Positions 49,797 to 58,823 of a stretch of DNA of 64,000 nucleotides are shown one piece after another. Numbering within the stretch: the stretch's first letter is position 1; each line of letters starts with the position of its first letter. The notes under the pieces were generated by a model that ran no database searches, was not told the origin of the DNA, and worked only from the letters and a program-made list of their open reading frames with translations. This stretch comes from Pseudobacter sp. (lineage in GTDB: Bacteria; Bacteroidota; Bacteroidia; Chitinophagales; Chitinophagaceae): positions 4,208 to 68,207 of the forward strand of contig JAFIGX010000007.1 in assembly GCA_017849455.1 (NCBI GenBank). The letters run 5' to 3'. Both the position numbers and the translations under genes were made by a program.

Positions 49797-51953
49797 TTAT
49801 ATCAGCATCGGAAATCCTATTACATCCGGGTAACAATACCGCAGCAAAAAGTGTAGTACACCACTGTTTCCTGTCATAAAACTCGCTGTCGGATGACGTT
49901 CATGTTCTACAAGCCAATAAGGGCCGGATTTCTCATCTTGCTTTTGCAATTGCATAATTATCTGGGATATCCAACCTGCCCTATGCAGCCATTCCTCATC
50001 CTTAAAGACTCGCCATGCTTCCAGATATGCCTCTCCAACACCACTAAGTCCATAACTCTGCCCAAGATTGTTATCAATGATCTCCCCAGGGATGTTTTTC
50101 AAGGCGCTAACTGCATATTGTTTATAAACCGGTTCATTAGTAATTTGCCAAGCCTTCATAAATGAAAGGGCAATGCCGGAAGCCCCGCCTGTCCACCAAT
50201 ATGAAAGTTCTTTACCTTTTGATGAATTCCACCAGATGCCTCCATTTTTGTGAATAGCTTTTTTCATCAACCACTGCATCCCCCGAATTGCAGATTTTGT
50301 ACTGGTCTCATCATTATAGGAATGCCCATACTCCAGTAAAAAGTAAAGGATGCCAGCCATCCCCTCCACAAACCCCCGTGTTATTTTGTTCATCTTCCTT
50401 TTAGTAATTTTTTGTTGATAATTCCCGAAAATCCAATAACCATCATACTCCTGTTTTTCCAATAAGAAACGTACATACTGTTCTATTCGCTCTTGTATTT
50501 TCTGGGAACTGCAGAGGGGTTTTGCAATAAGATTGGCAATGCCTTGTCCGGCTACACCAGACAAAATACCCAGGGAATCACTTGTTCTCGCCAATAATTG
50601 ATCAATCCAATCTAAATATTCAGGTGAAGGTTCTACCAGTTTGTTCCGGATCGCCGTTGCCAATGAAGCTGCAATGCCATCAGATCCAAAATGCAAACCG
50701 GTATTGGCAGATTCTATTCTATTAATATATTTTTCCCGAATTCGTTCCAGACCTAACTGAACAAAGGGTAGTGCAGTTTGCACATCCAATCCAACATATT
50801 TAGCCTGGCTTATCATATAAATTATCCCACTATCCCCACGATTAAAGCTGGCATACCACATTTTACTAAGCTTATGTTTATCCATATCTGGGGTGGGCTT
50901 CATGTTTTCTGCAAACCAGCCTTTTTCCGGATCAGCCATTAAAGGAGATATCATCGTTCTGATGGATTGTTGAACGATTGACAAAATATCCTCCCTATCA
51001 TAAAATACCGAAGATGACGAATGCCTGGAAACGTCATACCTGATATCAGTTTTGTATTGTTGGAGCGTCCGCCTGACCACCTTTGCAGAAGGCCTGACGG
51101 TCGCATCCGGTTGCATACACCGTATTATCAACTCCCCTATCTCCTGGTCCGTGACCAGGAAATGAACTTTCCGCGATAATGATTCCAATGATTCATTCGT
51201 GAACTTGAGTGGCGATATCCCCGTCCACACCTGCAGCATAATTGCCCCCAATGCATAAATATCCTCCGCGGTAGTCGGCGTTTCAGTAACCTCTTGCTGG
51301 GGCGACATATACCCATAAGTCCCCAACTGAAATGCCGGCGTTGGAAATTGTTCTTTCACGGAATAACACATTTCCATATCGATCAATGCCACCTTTCCGC
51401 CAGGAGTGATCATGTAATTATTAGGAGTAGCATCCCGATGCACTACCTGTTGACTATGGAGAATATCCAGAATGTCCGCTATCTGTATCAGGTAATCCAA
51501 CACTTTCATCCCTTTCTTACCCCCGGTGATGATCGATTGTCTCAATTCCTTCCTCCACTCAGAACATATTTTCTGCAATGGCTTTCCCCGTATATGTTCG
51601 ATCACCAGGTAATAATTCCCATTTTCTTCAAAAGTGCCTAACAACCGGGGCATCCGCACTTTATCCTGTAAGAGCTCATGCAATTGTTTCTGCCATTTCA
51701 ATCTGTCGATAATATCACGCCCCTGCTTGTCTTTCGTATCACCATAAGTTCCTTCCTTGATCACACAAAATCCAAAATTGGTAAGACTTTTGATATACAG
51801 GCACTTCACTACATCATTCTTCTGACTTTCCTTATAACTTTTGATGATAATGTAATTGTACCCTACGCGCTTACCACTTTTCTTTTCCACCTTACCTTTT
51901 ATCTCCTGCTCGACAGGGGCATCGCTGACATGTGTTACGGTGGCAATTTTCAT
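49797..51953 (-). CDS. Ser/Thr protein kinase fused to a LanC-like (lanthionine-synthetase C-like) alpha-toroid domain; no lyase domain
   Basis: The kinase motifs are CVIKEG (LanKC-type Lys region), VVHRDATPNNYMI (HRD...N), LIDMEM and GTYGYMSPQQ. The C-terminal half has repeated LanC-type Gly-rich helix starts: GVAGQGIANL, GMAGILYFLLE, GGASGIALSF, GLSGVGEAYLE and GNSGVLHFLL. Confidence 0.85.
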   Translation of the reverse strand: MKIATVTHVSDAPVEQEIKGKVEKKSGKRVGYNYIIIKSYKESQKNDVVKCLYIKSLTNFGFCVIKEGTYGDTKDKQGRDIIDRLKWQKQLHELLQDKVRMPRLLGTFEENGNYYLVIEHIRGKPLQKICSEWRKELRQSIITGGKKGMKVLDYLIQIADILDILHSQQVVHRDATPNNYMITPGGKVALIDMEMCYSVKEQFPTPAFQLGTYGYMSPQQEVTETPTTAEDIYALGAIMLQVWTGISPLKFTNESLESLSRKVHFLVTDQEIGELIIRCMQPDATVRPSAKVVRRTLQQYKTDIRYDVSRHSSSSVFYDREDILSIVQQSIRTMISPLMADPEKGWFAENMKPTPDMDKHKLSKMWYASFNRGDSGIIYMISQAKYVGLDVQTALPFVQLGLERIREKYINRIESANTGLHFGSDGIAASLATAIRNKLVEPSPEYLDWIDQLLARTSDSLGILSGVAGQGIANLIAKPLCSSQKIQERIEQYVRFLLEKQEYDGYWIFGNYQQKITKRKMNKITRGFVEGMAGILYFLLEYGHSYNDETSTKSAIRGMQWLMKKAIHKNGGIWWNSSKGKELSYWWTGGASGIALSFMKAWQITNEPVYKQYAVSALKNIPGEIIDNNLGQSYGLSGVGEAYLEAWRVFKDEEWLHRAGWISQIIMQLQKQDEKSGPYWLVEHERHPTASFMTGNSGVLHFLLRYCYPDVIGFPMLI

Positions 51954-52035
51954 ATACGAAGTTTACTCACCAATTTACATTCCCTTACTGCATCCTTATT
52001 GCAGTCCTTTGTTACGATTAGATGATCTCAGGTTA

Positions 52036-52269
52036 TCAGTTTTTTCGTTGAAAAGAAATATTGAAACTCCCCTCCTGGTCATAATAATAGCTCTGCCTGT
52101 AGCTGTTGAATTTTATGGGAGCACCGAATTCTTTCATCAAATTCAGGTATTCATACACACTTCTTTCTGAAATACCCAGCTTATTGGCCAGCTCTGTCGG
52201 TGTGCCCGTGGCTTTGATGCGTATAAGCTGGTCAATTCGTTCCAGACGTTGAAATATTTCTCTTTGCAT
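52036..52269 (-). CDS. Small helix-turn-helix protein (HTH_11/DeoR-N-like)
   Basis: 77 aa with ...GTPTELANKLGISERSVYEYLNLMKEFG... It overlaps the 3' end of the MauE/DoxX gene by 38 nt. Confidence 0.6.
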   Translation of the reverse strand: MQREIFQRLERIDQLIRIKATGTPTELANKLGISERSVYEYLNLMKEFGAPIKFNSYRQSYYYDQEGSFNISFQRKN

Positions 52270-52699
52270 AAGATAGGTTTTTATTGATTCGGCGATACTT
52301 TGTTTCCAGGATAATGGCGATGCTGCTCAATACAACAAAGAAACTGTTGAATACGATATGAACTCCCCACGACATCTCTTCCAGTACACCCCCGCAGGAG
52401 CATGGGATATCCGATCCCGATAGTAACATGGCTGCTATATAAACGGTAAAAAGGAACATCAACACGAAGGAAGCATAGAGACCTGCCAGCCGGGTCACCG
52501 GCAGCAGGAGCATTATTGCAATACAGATCTCGGTGGCAGGTACCAGCCAGGCCAGGATGCCTGCAAATGGGGCTATATAAGGAGACTCGCTGAGACCAAA
52601 CTGAAAATTGGCGTAATCGGCCAGTTTGGCCCAGGCTGCATACACGAACAATAGGATATGAAGCAGGGAGGCGATCCCCACAAAGATTTTCCTGGTCAT
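52232..52699 (-). CDS. MauE/DoxX-family redox-associated membrane protein
   Basis: Four predicted TM helices and the characteristic SDIPCSCGG motif in the third or fourth helix region. Confidence 0.7.
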   Translation of the reverse strand: MTRKIFVGIASLLHILLFVYAAWAKLADYANFQFGLSESPYIAPFAGILAWLVPATEICIAIMLLLPVTRLAGLYASFVLMFLFTVYIAAMLLSGSDIPCSCGGVLEEMSWGVHIVFNSFFVVLSSIAIILETKYRRINKNLSYAKRNISTSGTN

Positions 52700-53171
52700 A
52701 GCTAAATTTTCAGAATGTTGAAGAGTTGTTATCTAAGGATACGATGCTATAATTTTTAACTGCCGGATAAATGTTCATCGTCCGCTGTCTGTTGTCTTTC
52801 ATTAACAGACAAACGAAGTATGGCTACCGGAACAGGCCATGCAGAGGGATGCATGTTGATCATTTATTGAGGGTACTGGTTTCTGCGGAGGCATAACCAG
52901 TGAATAACAATATAAATTTCCACCCGGATCGACCCTGTTTAGTTATGAAATCGGGAGTAAATTCCATACGAAAATGGCAAATATTGAAAACTTAACATTG
53001 ACCTAAGGGTTTGTCTCTACCAATCCCTAGAACATTTCAGATAGATATTTTGTCGATCGCATATTGGATTTTCCAGTTCGTTCCTCATTATCCCTCCTGG
53101 AATTATTCACACCCTGTGATTAAGTTAATTTGACTAAACCTCCTTGTCGGTTTACGTTTGCAGTCGCTCTT

Positions 53172-53392
53172 TTACCGCAATTGTGCTGGTTCCTGCGCCG
53201 GTCAGCCGGCCAGGATTAAAAGGGAACCATGTGAAAATCATGGGCTGTTGCGCAACTGTAAGTTTTACACCCCACTTATTACAGCTGAACTTCAGGCCAC
53301 TGTGCCCCTGGTAAATGGCATGGGAAGGCGTTCAGCCGTCCGCCGCAAGGCGGGTAAAACAAGTCAGGATACCTGCCGGTACGATCTGTGCT
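53172..53392 (+). ncRNA. Cobalamin (adenosylcobalamin) riboswitch upstream of nrdB-nrdA
   Basis: The conserved blocks occur in the canonical order. They are ggttcc, ttaaaagggaacc, gtgaaaatc, gctgttgcgcaactgtaag, ggccactg, gggaaggc and the B12 box aagtcaggatacctgcc (53361-53377). The element ends about 130 nt upstream of the nrdB ATG. Confidence 0.85.
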
Positions 53393-53522
53393 AAAACCTT
53401 CGCATTAAAGGTAAATGCATCACTTTAAAATGTCAGTTTGGCTTTATTCCCCATAAAGCCCAGGCATATTATCGCTGTTCATTTCCCCATGCGCGATCCA
53501 ATGAATATTAAAAAGTGATAGT

Positions 53523-54488
53523 ATGCAAAACGAAATTCTCCTCCAGGAAAACAAAGACAGGTTCGTGATCCTTCCCATCAACTATCCCAGGGTATGGGAA
53601 ATGTACAAGAAGCATGAAGCCAGTTTCTGGACAGCCGAAGAAATCGACCTGAGTGCCGACCTGAAAGACTGGGCGACTATGAACGACGGAGAACGCCATT
53701 TTATTTCCCATGTACTGGCATTCTTTGCCGCCAGTGACGGTATCGTGAACGAAAACCTCGCCGTCAATTTCATGAGCGAAGTACAATTGCCGGAAGCACG
53801 CTGCTTCTACGGATTCCAGATCATGATGGAAAATATTCACTCCGAAACCTATGCCCTCCTGATCGATACTTATATCAAAGACCCACAGGAAAAGCATCGC
53901 CTCTTCCATGCCATCGATACCGTTCCTGCCGTTAAGAAGAAAGCGGAATGGGCCCTCCGCTGGATCGAGAACGGGAGCTTTGCCGAAAGACTGGTAGCTT
54001 TCGCCGCCGTGGAAGGTATTTTCTTCAGCGGTAGCTTCTGCTCCATTTTCTGGTTGAAGAAAAGAGGGCTCATGCCCGGTCTCACCTTCAGCAATGAGCT
54101 GATCAGCCGTGATGAAGGCCTTCACTGCGAATTCGCCTGCCTGCTTTACAGCATGCTCCATGGAAAGCTCTCCCAGGAAGAGGTCTATGCCATCATTAGC
54201 GATGCCGTCAAGATCGAAAAGGAGTTCATTACCGAAGCGCTTCCGGTGGACCTGATCGGGATGAACGCCAAGCTCATGCAGCAATACATCGAGTTCGTGG
54301 CCGACCGATGGCTCTCCGAACTGGGTTACCCCAAAATGTTCAACAGCACCAATCCGTTCGATTTCATGGAAATGATCTCACTGGAAGGCAAGACCAATTT
54401 CTTCGAGAAACGCGTGGGCGACTACCAGAAGGCCGGTGTACTGGGCAATAAAGAATCACAGACATTTTCCCTGGAAGAAGATTTCTGA
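53523..54488 (+). CDS. nrdB: Ribonucleoside-diphosphate reductase (class Ia) small subunit beta
   Basis: [31 protein letters not shown], the ferritin-like iron ligands (..MENIHSETY..) and the C-terminal tail ...FSLEEDF. It closely resembles eukaryote-type R2. Confidence 0.93.
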   Translation: MQNEILLQENKDRFVILPINYPRVWEMYKKHEASFWTAEEIDLSADLKDWATMNDGERHFISHVLAFFAASDGIVNENLAVNFMSEVQLPEARCFYGFQIMMENIHSETYALLIDTYIKDPQEKHRLFHAIDTVPAVKKKAEWALRWIENGSFAERLVAFAAVEGIFFSGSFCSIFWLKKRGLMPGLTFSNELISRDEGLHCEFACLLYSMLHGKLSQEEVYAIISDAVKIEKEFITEALPVDLIGMNAKLMQQYIEFVADRWLSELGYPKMFNSTNPFDFMEMISLEGKTNFFEKRVGDYQKAGVLGNKESQTFSLEEDF

Positions 54489-54526
54489 TCTCAACCGATT
54501 ACTCTTCACTCTTCAATATATATAAC

Positions 54527-56914
54527 ATGTTTGTAATTAAAAGGAACGGTAAGAAAGAATCCGTGAAATTCGACAAGATCACAGCCCGCATCGAAAAGCT
54601 GTGCTATGGACTGGACAGAAGGTTCGTCAATTCCATCGACGTTGCAAAAAAAGTTATCGAGGGACTGTATGATGGTGTTACTACCACCGAACTGGATAAC
54701 CTGGCTGCGGAAACAGCCGCTTCCCTGACCGTTAAACACCCCGACTACGCGCTGCTGGCCAGTCGCATAGCCATCAGCAACCTGCATAAGAATACCACTA
54801 AGGTCTTTTCCAAAACCATGCAGCTCCTGTTCGAATGCAGGGACAGCAAGGCAGGTAAAGCAGCCCCGCTGATCGCCGACGATGTATGGGAGATCATCCA
54901 GCAACATGCCGAGCTGCTCGATTCTACCATCATCTACGATCGTGATTACGGCTTCGATTATTTCGGTTTCAAAACCCTGGAAAAATCCTACCTCTTGAAA
55001 GTCGATGGCAAAGTGGTAGAACGCCCTCAGCACATGTATATGCGTGTAGCTATCGGCATTCATAAAGACGATATCGAGAGCGCCATCAAAACCTACCACA
55101 TGATGAGTGAGCGCTGGTTCACACATGCCACTCCTACCCTCTTCAATGCAGGCACACCAAAACCACAGATGAGCTCCTGCTTCCTGCTCACCATGAAGGA
55201 AGACAGCATCGACGGTATTTACGATACTTTGAAACAAACAGCCAAGATATCCCAGAGTGCGGGTGGCATCGGTCTTTCCATCCACGGCATCAGGGCAACC
55301 GGCAGTTATATCGGCGGCACCAACGGCACCAGCAACGGCATCATCCCCATGCTCCGTGTGTTCAATGATACTGCCCGTTATGTAGACCAGGGCGGTGGCA
55401 AACGCAAAGGCGCTTTCGCCGTTTACCTCGAACCCTGGCACGCCGATGTTTTCGAATTCCTCGACCTCCGCAAGAACCATGGTAAGGAAGAATTGCGCGC
55501 CCGCGATCTTTTCTATGCCCTCTGGATCCCGGACCTCTTTATGAAAAGAGTGGAAGAGAACGGCGACTGGAGCCTGTTCTGCCCCCATGAAGCTCCCGGT
55601 CTTCACGAATGCTGGGGAGAAGCTTTTGAAAAACTCTATGCACAATACGAACAGGAAGGCAAGGCAAGAAGGACTGTGAAAGCGCAGGACCTCTGGTTCG
55701 CTATTCTCGATGCACAGATCGAAACAGGCACACCATACCTGTTGTACAAAGATTCCGCCAACCGGAAATCGAACCAGCAGAATCTCGGTACTATCAGGAG
55801 CAGCAACCTTTGCACAGAGATACTGGAATTTACATCTCCTGATGAAGTGGCCGTCTGTAACCTGGCTTCGCTGGCGCTGCCCCGTTTCGTGATCGATGGA
55901 CGCTTCGACCATGATAAATTGTATGAGATCACTTATGAGGTTACCAAAAACCTGAACAAGATCATCGATAATAATTATTATCCTGTTGAGGAAGCACGTA
56001 CTTCGAATCTTCGCCATCGTCCTATCGGGCTTGGTGTACAGGGATTGGCGGATGTATTCATCCTGATGCGTGTGCCGTTCGAAAGTGAGGAAGCCAAAAA
56101 GCTGAACCAGGAAATTTTCGAAACGATCTACTTCGCAGCTATGACCGCCAGCAAAGACATGGCGAAACTGCAAGGCCCGTACGAAACCTTTGCCGGTTCG
56201 CCCGCCTCGAAAGGGGTATTCCAGTTCGATATGTGGAATGTTGAGCCATCGCTCCGGTGGGACTGGTACCGGCTGAAAGATGAAGTGATCAAATATGGCC
56301 TGCGTAATTCCCTGCTGGTAGCGCCTATGCCTACCGCTTCCACCTCACAGATCCTCGGCAATAATGAATGCTTCGAACCATACACTTCCAATATCTATGT
56401 TCGCAGGGTATTGAGCGGTGAATTTGTTGTGGTGAACAAGCATTTGCTGAAAGACCTGATAGAACTCGGGCTTTGGAATGATGATATGAAGAACAGGATC
56501 ATCGCCCACAATGGTTCTATCCAGAAGATCGATGGTATCCCCGATAATATCAAAGAGATCTATAGAACAGTATGGGAGATCAAACAGCGTACACTCATCG
56601 ATATGGCTGCCGACCGCGGCGCCTATATCTGCCAATCGCAATCACTCAACCTGTTCGTGGATACGCCTACTACCGGCAAACTCACTTCCATGCACTTCTA
56701 TGCCTGGAAGAAGGGACTGAAAACAGGTATGTACTACCTCCGCACCAAGGCCGCAGCACAGGCAGTACAATTTACCGTTGAAAAGCAGGGAGGCAAAATG
56801 GTGGAACCGCTTACCGATAAACATTCCCTGAAAGTAATAGAAGGTAATAACGACACGGATATTGCCGGCCCCACTTGCAGTATGGAGGATGGTTGTGTTA
56901 CCTGCAGCGCATAA
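54527..56914 (+). CDS. nrdA: Ribonucleoside-diphosphate reductase (class Ia) large subunit alpha
   Basis: N-terminal ATP-cone ([20 protein letters not shown]). Active-site regions SNLCTEI and [11 protein letters not shown]-terminal CxxC tail (CVTCSA). Confidence 0.95.
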   Translation: MFVIKRNGKKESVKFDKITARIEKLCYGLDRRFVNSIDVAKKVIEGLYDGVTTTELDNLAAETAASLTVKHPDYALLASRIAISNLHKNTTKVFSKTMQLLFECRDSKAGKAAPLIADDVWEIIQQHAELLDSTIIYDRDYGFDYFGFKTLEKSYLLKVDGKVVERPQHMYMRVAIGIHKDDIESAIKTYHMMSERWFTHATPTLFNAGTPKPQMSSCFLLTMKEDSIDGIYDTLKQTAKISQSAGGIGLSIHGIRATGSYIGGTNGTSNGIIPMLRVFNDTARYVDQGGGKRKGAFAVYLEPWHADVFEFLDLRKNHGKEELRARDLFYALWIPDLFMKRVEENGDWSLFCPHEAPGLHECWGEAFEKLYAQYEQEGKARRTVKAQDLWFAILDAQIETGTPYLLYKDSANRKSNQQNLGTIRSSNLCTEILEFTSPDEVAVCNLASLALPRFVIDGRFDHDKLYEITYEVTKNLNKIIDNNYYPVEEARTSNLRHRPIGLGVQGLADVFILMRVPFESEEAKKLNQEIFETIYFAAMTASKDMAKLQGPYETFAGSPASKGVFQFDMWNVEPSLRWDWYRLKDEVIKYGLRNSLLVAPMPTASTSQILGNNECFEPYTSNIYVRRVLSGEFVVVNKHLLKDLIELGLWNDDMKNRIIAHNGSIQKIDGIPDNIKEIYRTVWEIKQRTLIDMAADRGAYICQSQSLNLFVDTPTTGKLTSMHFYAWKKGLKTGMYYLRTKAAAQAVQFTVEKQGGKMVEPLTDKHSLKVIEGNNDTDIAGPTCSMEDGCVTCSA

Positions 56915-56918
56915 TAAT

Positions 56919-57014
56919 GTTTGTAGTTTGTTGTTAGTCGTTGGTCGTTTGTGCTGCAAAATAACGATGTAGTCTAAACGACAAACGACTAGCGACTAAC
57001 CGCAAACCACGAAC
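56919..57014. repeat. Long imperfect palindrome downstream of nrdA
   Basis: gtttgtagtttgttgttagtcgttggtcgtttgt (56919-56952) pairs with aaacgacaaacgactagcgactaaccgcaaaccacgaac (56977-57014). Most differences are G.U-compatible. It may act as the nrdA terminator. Confidence 0.5.
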
Positions 57015-57029
57015 ATAAAATATATTTCC

Positions 57030-57413
57030 ATGATCGACCCGGAAAGAGTAAAAGGCTCCGAAACCAGGATATTCAAAGCCGTTTTCCCGAATACCACGAA
57101 TCACTATGATACACTGTTCGGCGGAACCGCCATGCAGCTCATGGATGAAGTGGCATTCATTGCCGCCACACGATATGCGCGCAAGAGAATGGTAACTGTT
57201 TCGTCCGACAAAATAGATTTCACCCGGCCAATACCTGCCGGCACCATTATCGAACTGATCGGCACGGTAACCCATGTAGGCAATACCAGCCTGCAGGTAT
57301 TGGTGGAGATCTATATCGAAGAAATGTATTCCTTTATCCGGGAAAAAGCGATCAGCGGTACTTTTACACTGGTAGCCATCGACGAGCATAAGCAACCTGT
57401 AAAGATCACCTGA
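57030..57413 (+). CDS. Acyl-CoA thioesterase (hotdog fold, YciA/4HBT-like)
   Basis: FPNTTNHYDTLFGGTAMQLMDEVAFIAATRY and VTVSSDKIDFTRPIPAG. Confidence 0.8.
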   Translation: MIDPERVKGSETRIFKAVFPNTTNHYDTLFGGTAMQLMDEVAFIAATRYARKRMVTVSSDKIDFTRPIPAGTIIELIGTVTHVGNTSLQVLVEIYIEEMYSFIREKAISGTFTLVAIDEHKQPVKIT

Positions 57414-57414
57414 T

Positions 57415-57822
57415 CTACCAGGTATATTCAGGTGGTTCGATCCCGTTCATTCGCAGGTGCAATACAGCCTGCCCGCGGTGATGGGTGATATGATCGAGTG
57501 TGGCATAAACACCATTCACTGCTCCTTCATCCAGTTGCCGGCCTTCGATAGTCTTTTGCAATCCATCATAAGCCTGTTCAAGATAATCCATCACCTGTTT
57601 CTTGTTATCTTTCACCGGAACAGGTTCCCAGGCCATTTTTTTCCCTTTCACATAGTTGGCTTCCCACCATTGAATGCCATAGGCAATATGGTGCATCAGT
57701 TCCCGAAAATTCCATACAGCCTCTGCCGGCTTGAAATCCCAGGACCTGTCGGGCATGGCAGCAGCCACGCTGAGTGTGTATTGCCGGGAGTTCTGTACAT
57801 TGGTCATCAGTTGTTCTTTCAT
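57415..57822 (-). CDS. DinB-family (four-helix bundle) protein
   Basis: 135 aa with His residues at the DinB positions (...ELMHHIAYGIQWW..., ...DHITHHRGQAVLHL). Confidence 0.7.
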   Translation of the reverse strand: MKEQLMTNVQNSRQYTLSVAAAMPDRSWDFKPAEAVWNFRELMHHIAYGIQWWEANYVKGKKMAWEPVPVKDNKKQVMDYLEQAYDGLQKTIEGRQLDEGAVNGVYATLDHITHHRGQAVLHLRMNGIEPPEYTW

Positions 57823-57870
57823 ACAATAATTTTTTGTGGAACAAAACTAAAGACCGGTGCCGGCCGGGGC

Positions 57871-58746
57871 TTAAGAAATCTTGCTATTCTGATGGGCGCT
57901 CGTTTCAAAAGTAGTTCTGAACATCGTAGGAGCGCAATGATACTTTTTACGGAATGCTGCGTTGAAATGCTCGATGCTGTTGAATCCCGACTTAAAAGCA
58001 ATATCGGCCACAGGCAATGCCGTTGTTTGAAGAAGCATAGCTGCCTGTTGCAACCGGATCGCCAGCAGGAACTGATGAGGAGAAACAGCAGTGAATAGCT
58101 TGAAGATGCGGCTGAAATGAAAAGGGCTTACGTAACAATATTCCGCCAGTTCCATCAGGGAAAGGTCTCTCGTGAAATTTTCGGTTATATATTCTTTCGC
58201 CCTTTCAATAGTGATAAGGTGATGGCGTTTCAGGTTTGCCTGCAGTTGCTGACCGGGGACATGGTCCGTGATCGATCCCAATACTTTCGATGTTATGTGC
58301 AGCACAAGGTGATCGATCTGTAATTTACTGCCCGACCGGCCCTTTGTCAGTTGCCAAAGCTGGTAATGCAATAGCTCTGTTTCAGCCGTTGTCCTGACAA
58401 GTGTGGAATGCAGGTCTTCGTCCCTGAAGAATTTTGTTTTGCCATATTGTTCAAGTAATCGAGGATGGAAATCCTGCCTGAATTCGATAATGGTACATTC
58501 ATCAGGGATGGTATGGGTATGAGTCACGGTGCGCTCATAGCCAGGCTTGGTGATCAACACACATCCACTGTAGGAATCGAGCGAGCGGCGAAAGACATTG
58601 AACAGGAAATTCCCCTTCCGTACGAAGCTGATGGCGAATGCTTCGCCATATTCGGGCTTCGATGTTCTGCAATCTACACACCGGCATTTAAAATCGAGGA
58701 TCTGGTAGAAGTCCGATACGTAGCGTGTATGAATATCTGCATCCAT
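57871..58746 (-). CDS. AraC-family transcriptional regulator
   Basis: C-terminal double HTH: LSLMELAEYCYVSPFHFSRIFK ... IAFKSGFNSIEHFNAAFRKKY. Confidence 0.85.
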   Translation of the reverse strand: MDADIHTRYVSDFYQILDFKCRCVDCRTSKPEYGEAFAISFVRKGNFLFNVFRRSLDSYSGCVLITKPGYERTVTHTHTIPDECTIIEFRQDFHPRLLEQYGKTKFFRDEDLHSTLVRTTAETELLHYQLWQLTKGRSGSKLQIDHLVLHITSKVLGSITDHVPGQQLQANLKRHHLITIERAKEYITENFTRDLSLMELAEYCYVSPFHFSRIFKLFTAVSPHQFLLAIRLQQAAMLLQTTALPVADIAFKSGFNSIEHFNAAFRKKYHCAPTMFRTTFETSAHQNSKIS

Positions 58747-58823
58747 CCTCCATAAAGTTATTGATTTTTGGCAACAGCCTGCATTTCGTTCTGCCGGGCC
58801 TCAGCCGGCTGAAACAGAATATT

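Noticed and set aside
52700-53160. Very short ORFs (10-33 codons) in the spacer upstream of the MauE/DoxX gene, considered as hidden RiPP precursor genes for the kinase-LanC enzyme
   Set aside because: None has a convincing start context, a Ser/Thr/Cys-rich core or a paralog. They cannot be distinguished from chance ORFs by eye. Ribosome profiling would be needed to revisit this.
53508-54284. 258-aa ORF on the - strand
   Set aside because: Antisense to nrdB, with no recognisable features. Shadow ORF.
54506-56173. 555-aa ORF on the - strand
   Set aside because: It lies entirely antisense to nrdA, whose + strand product has unmistakable class Ia RNR motifs. The antisense translation is low-complexity (Gly/Ala/Val/Phe-rich) with no motifs, so it is a shadow ORF.
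12564-57014. Repeated sequence words at several junctions considered as a possible CRISPR array or tandem-repeat locus
   Set aside because: They are isolated inverted repeats (palindromes) at separate loci, not regularly spaced direct repeats with unique spacers. No cas genes are present.
57457-58098. 213-aa + strand ORF
   Set aside because: It spans the DinB-family and AraC-family genes on the opposite strand and crosses their intergenic region. It has no motifs and is a shadow ORF.
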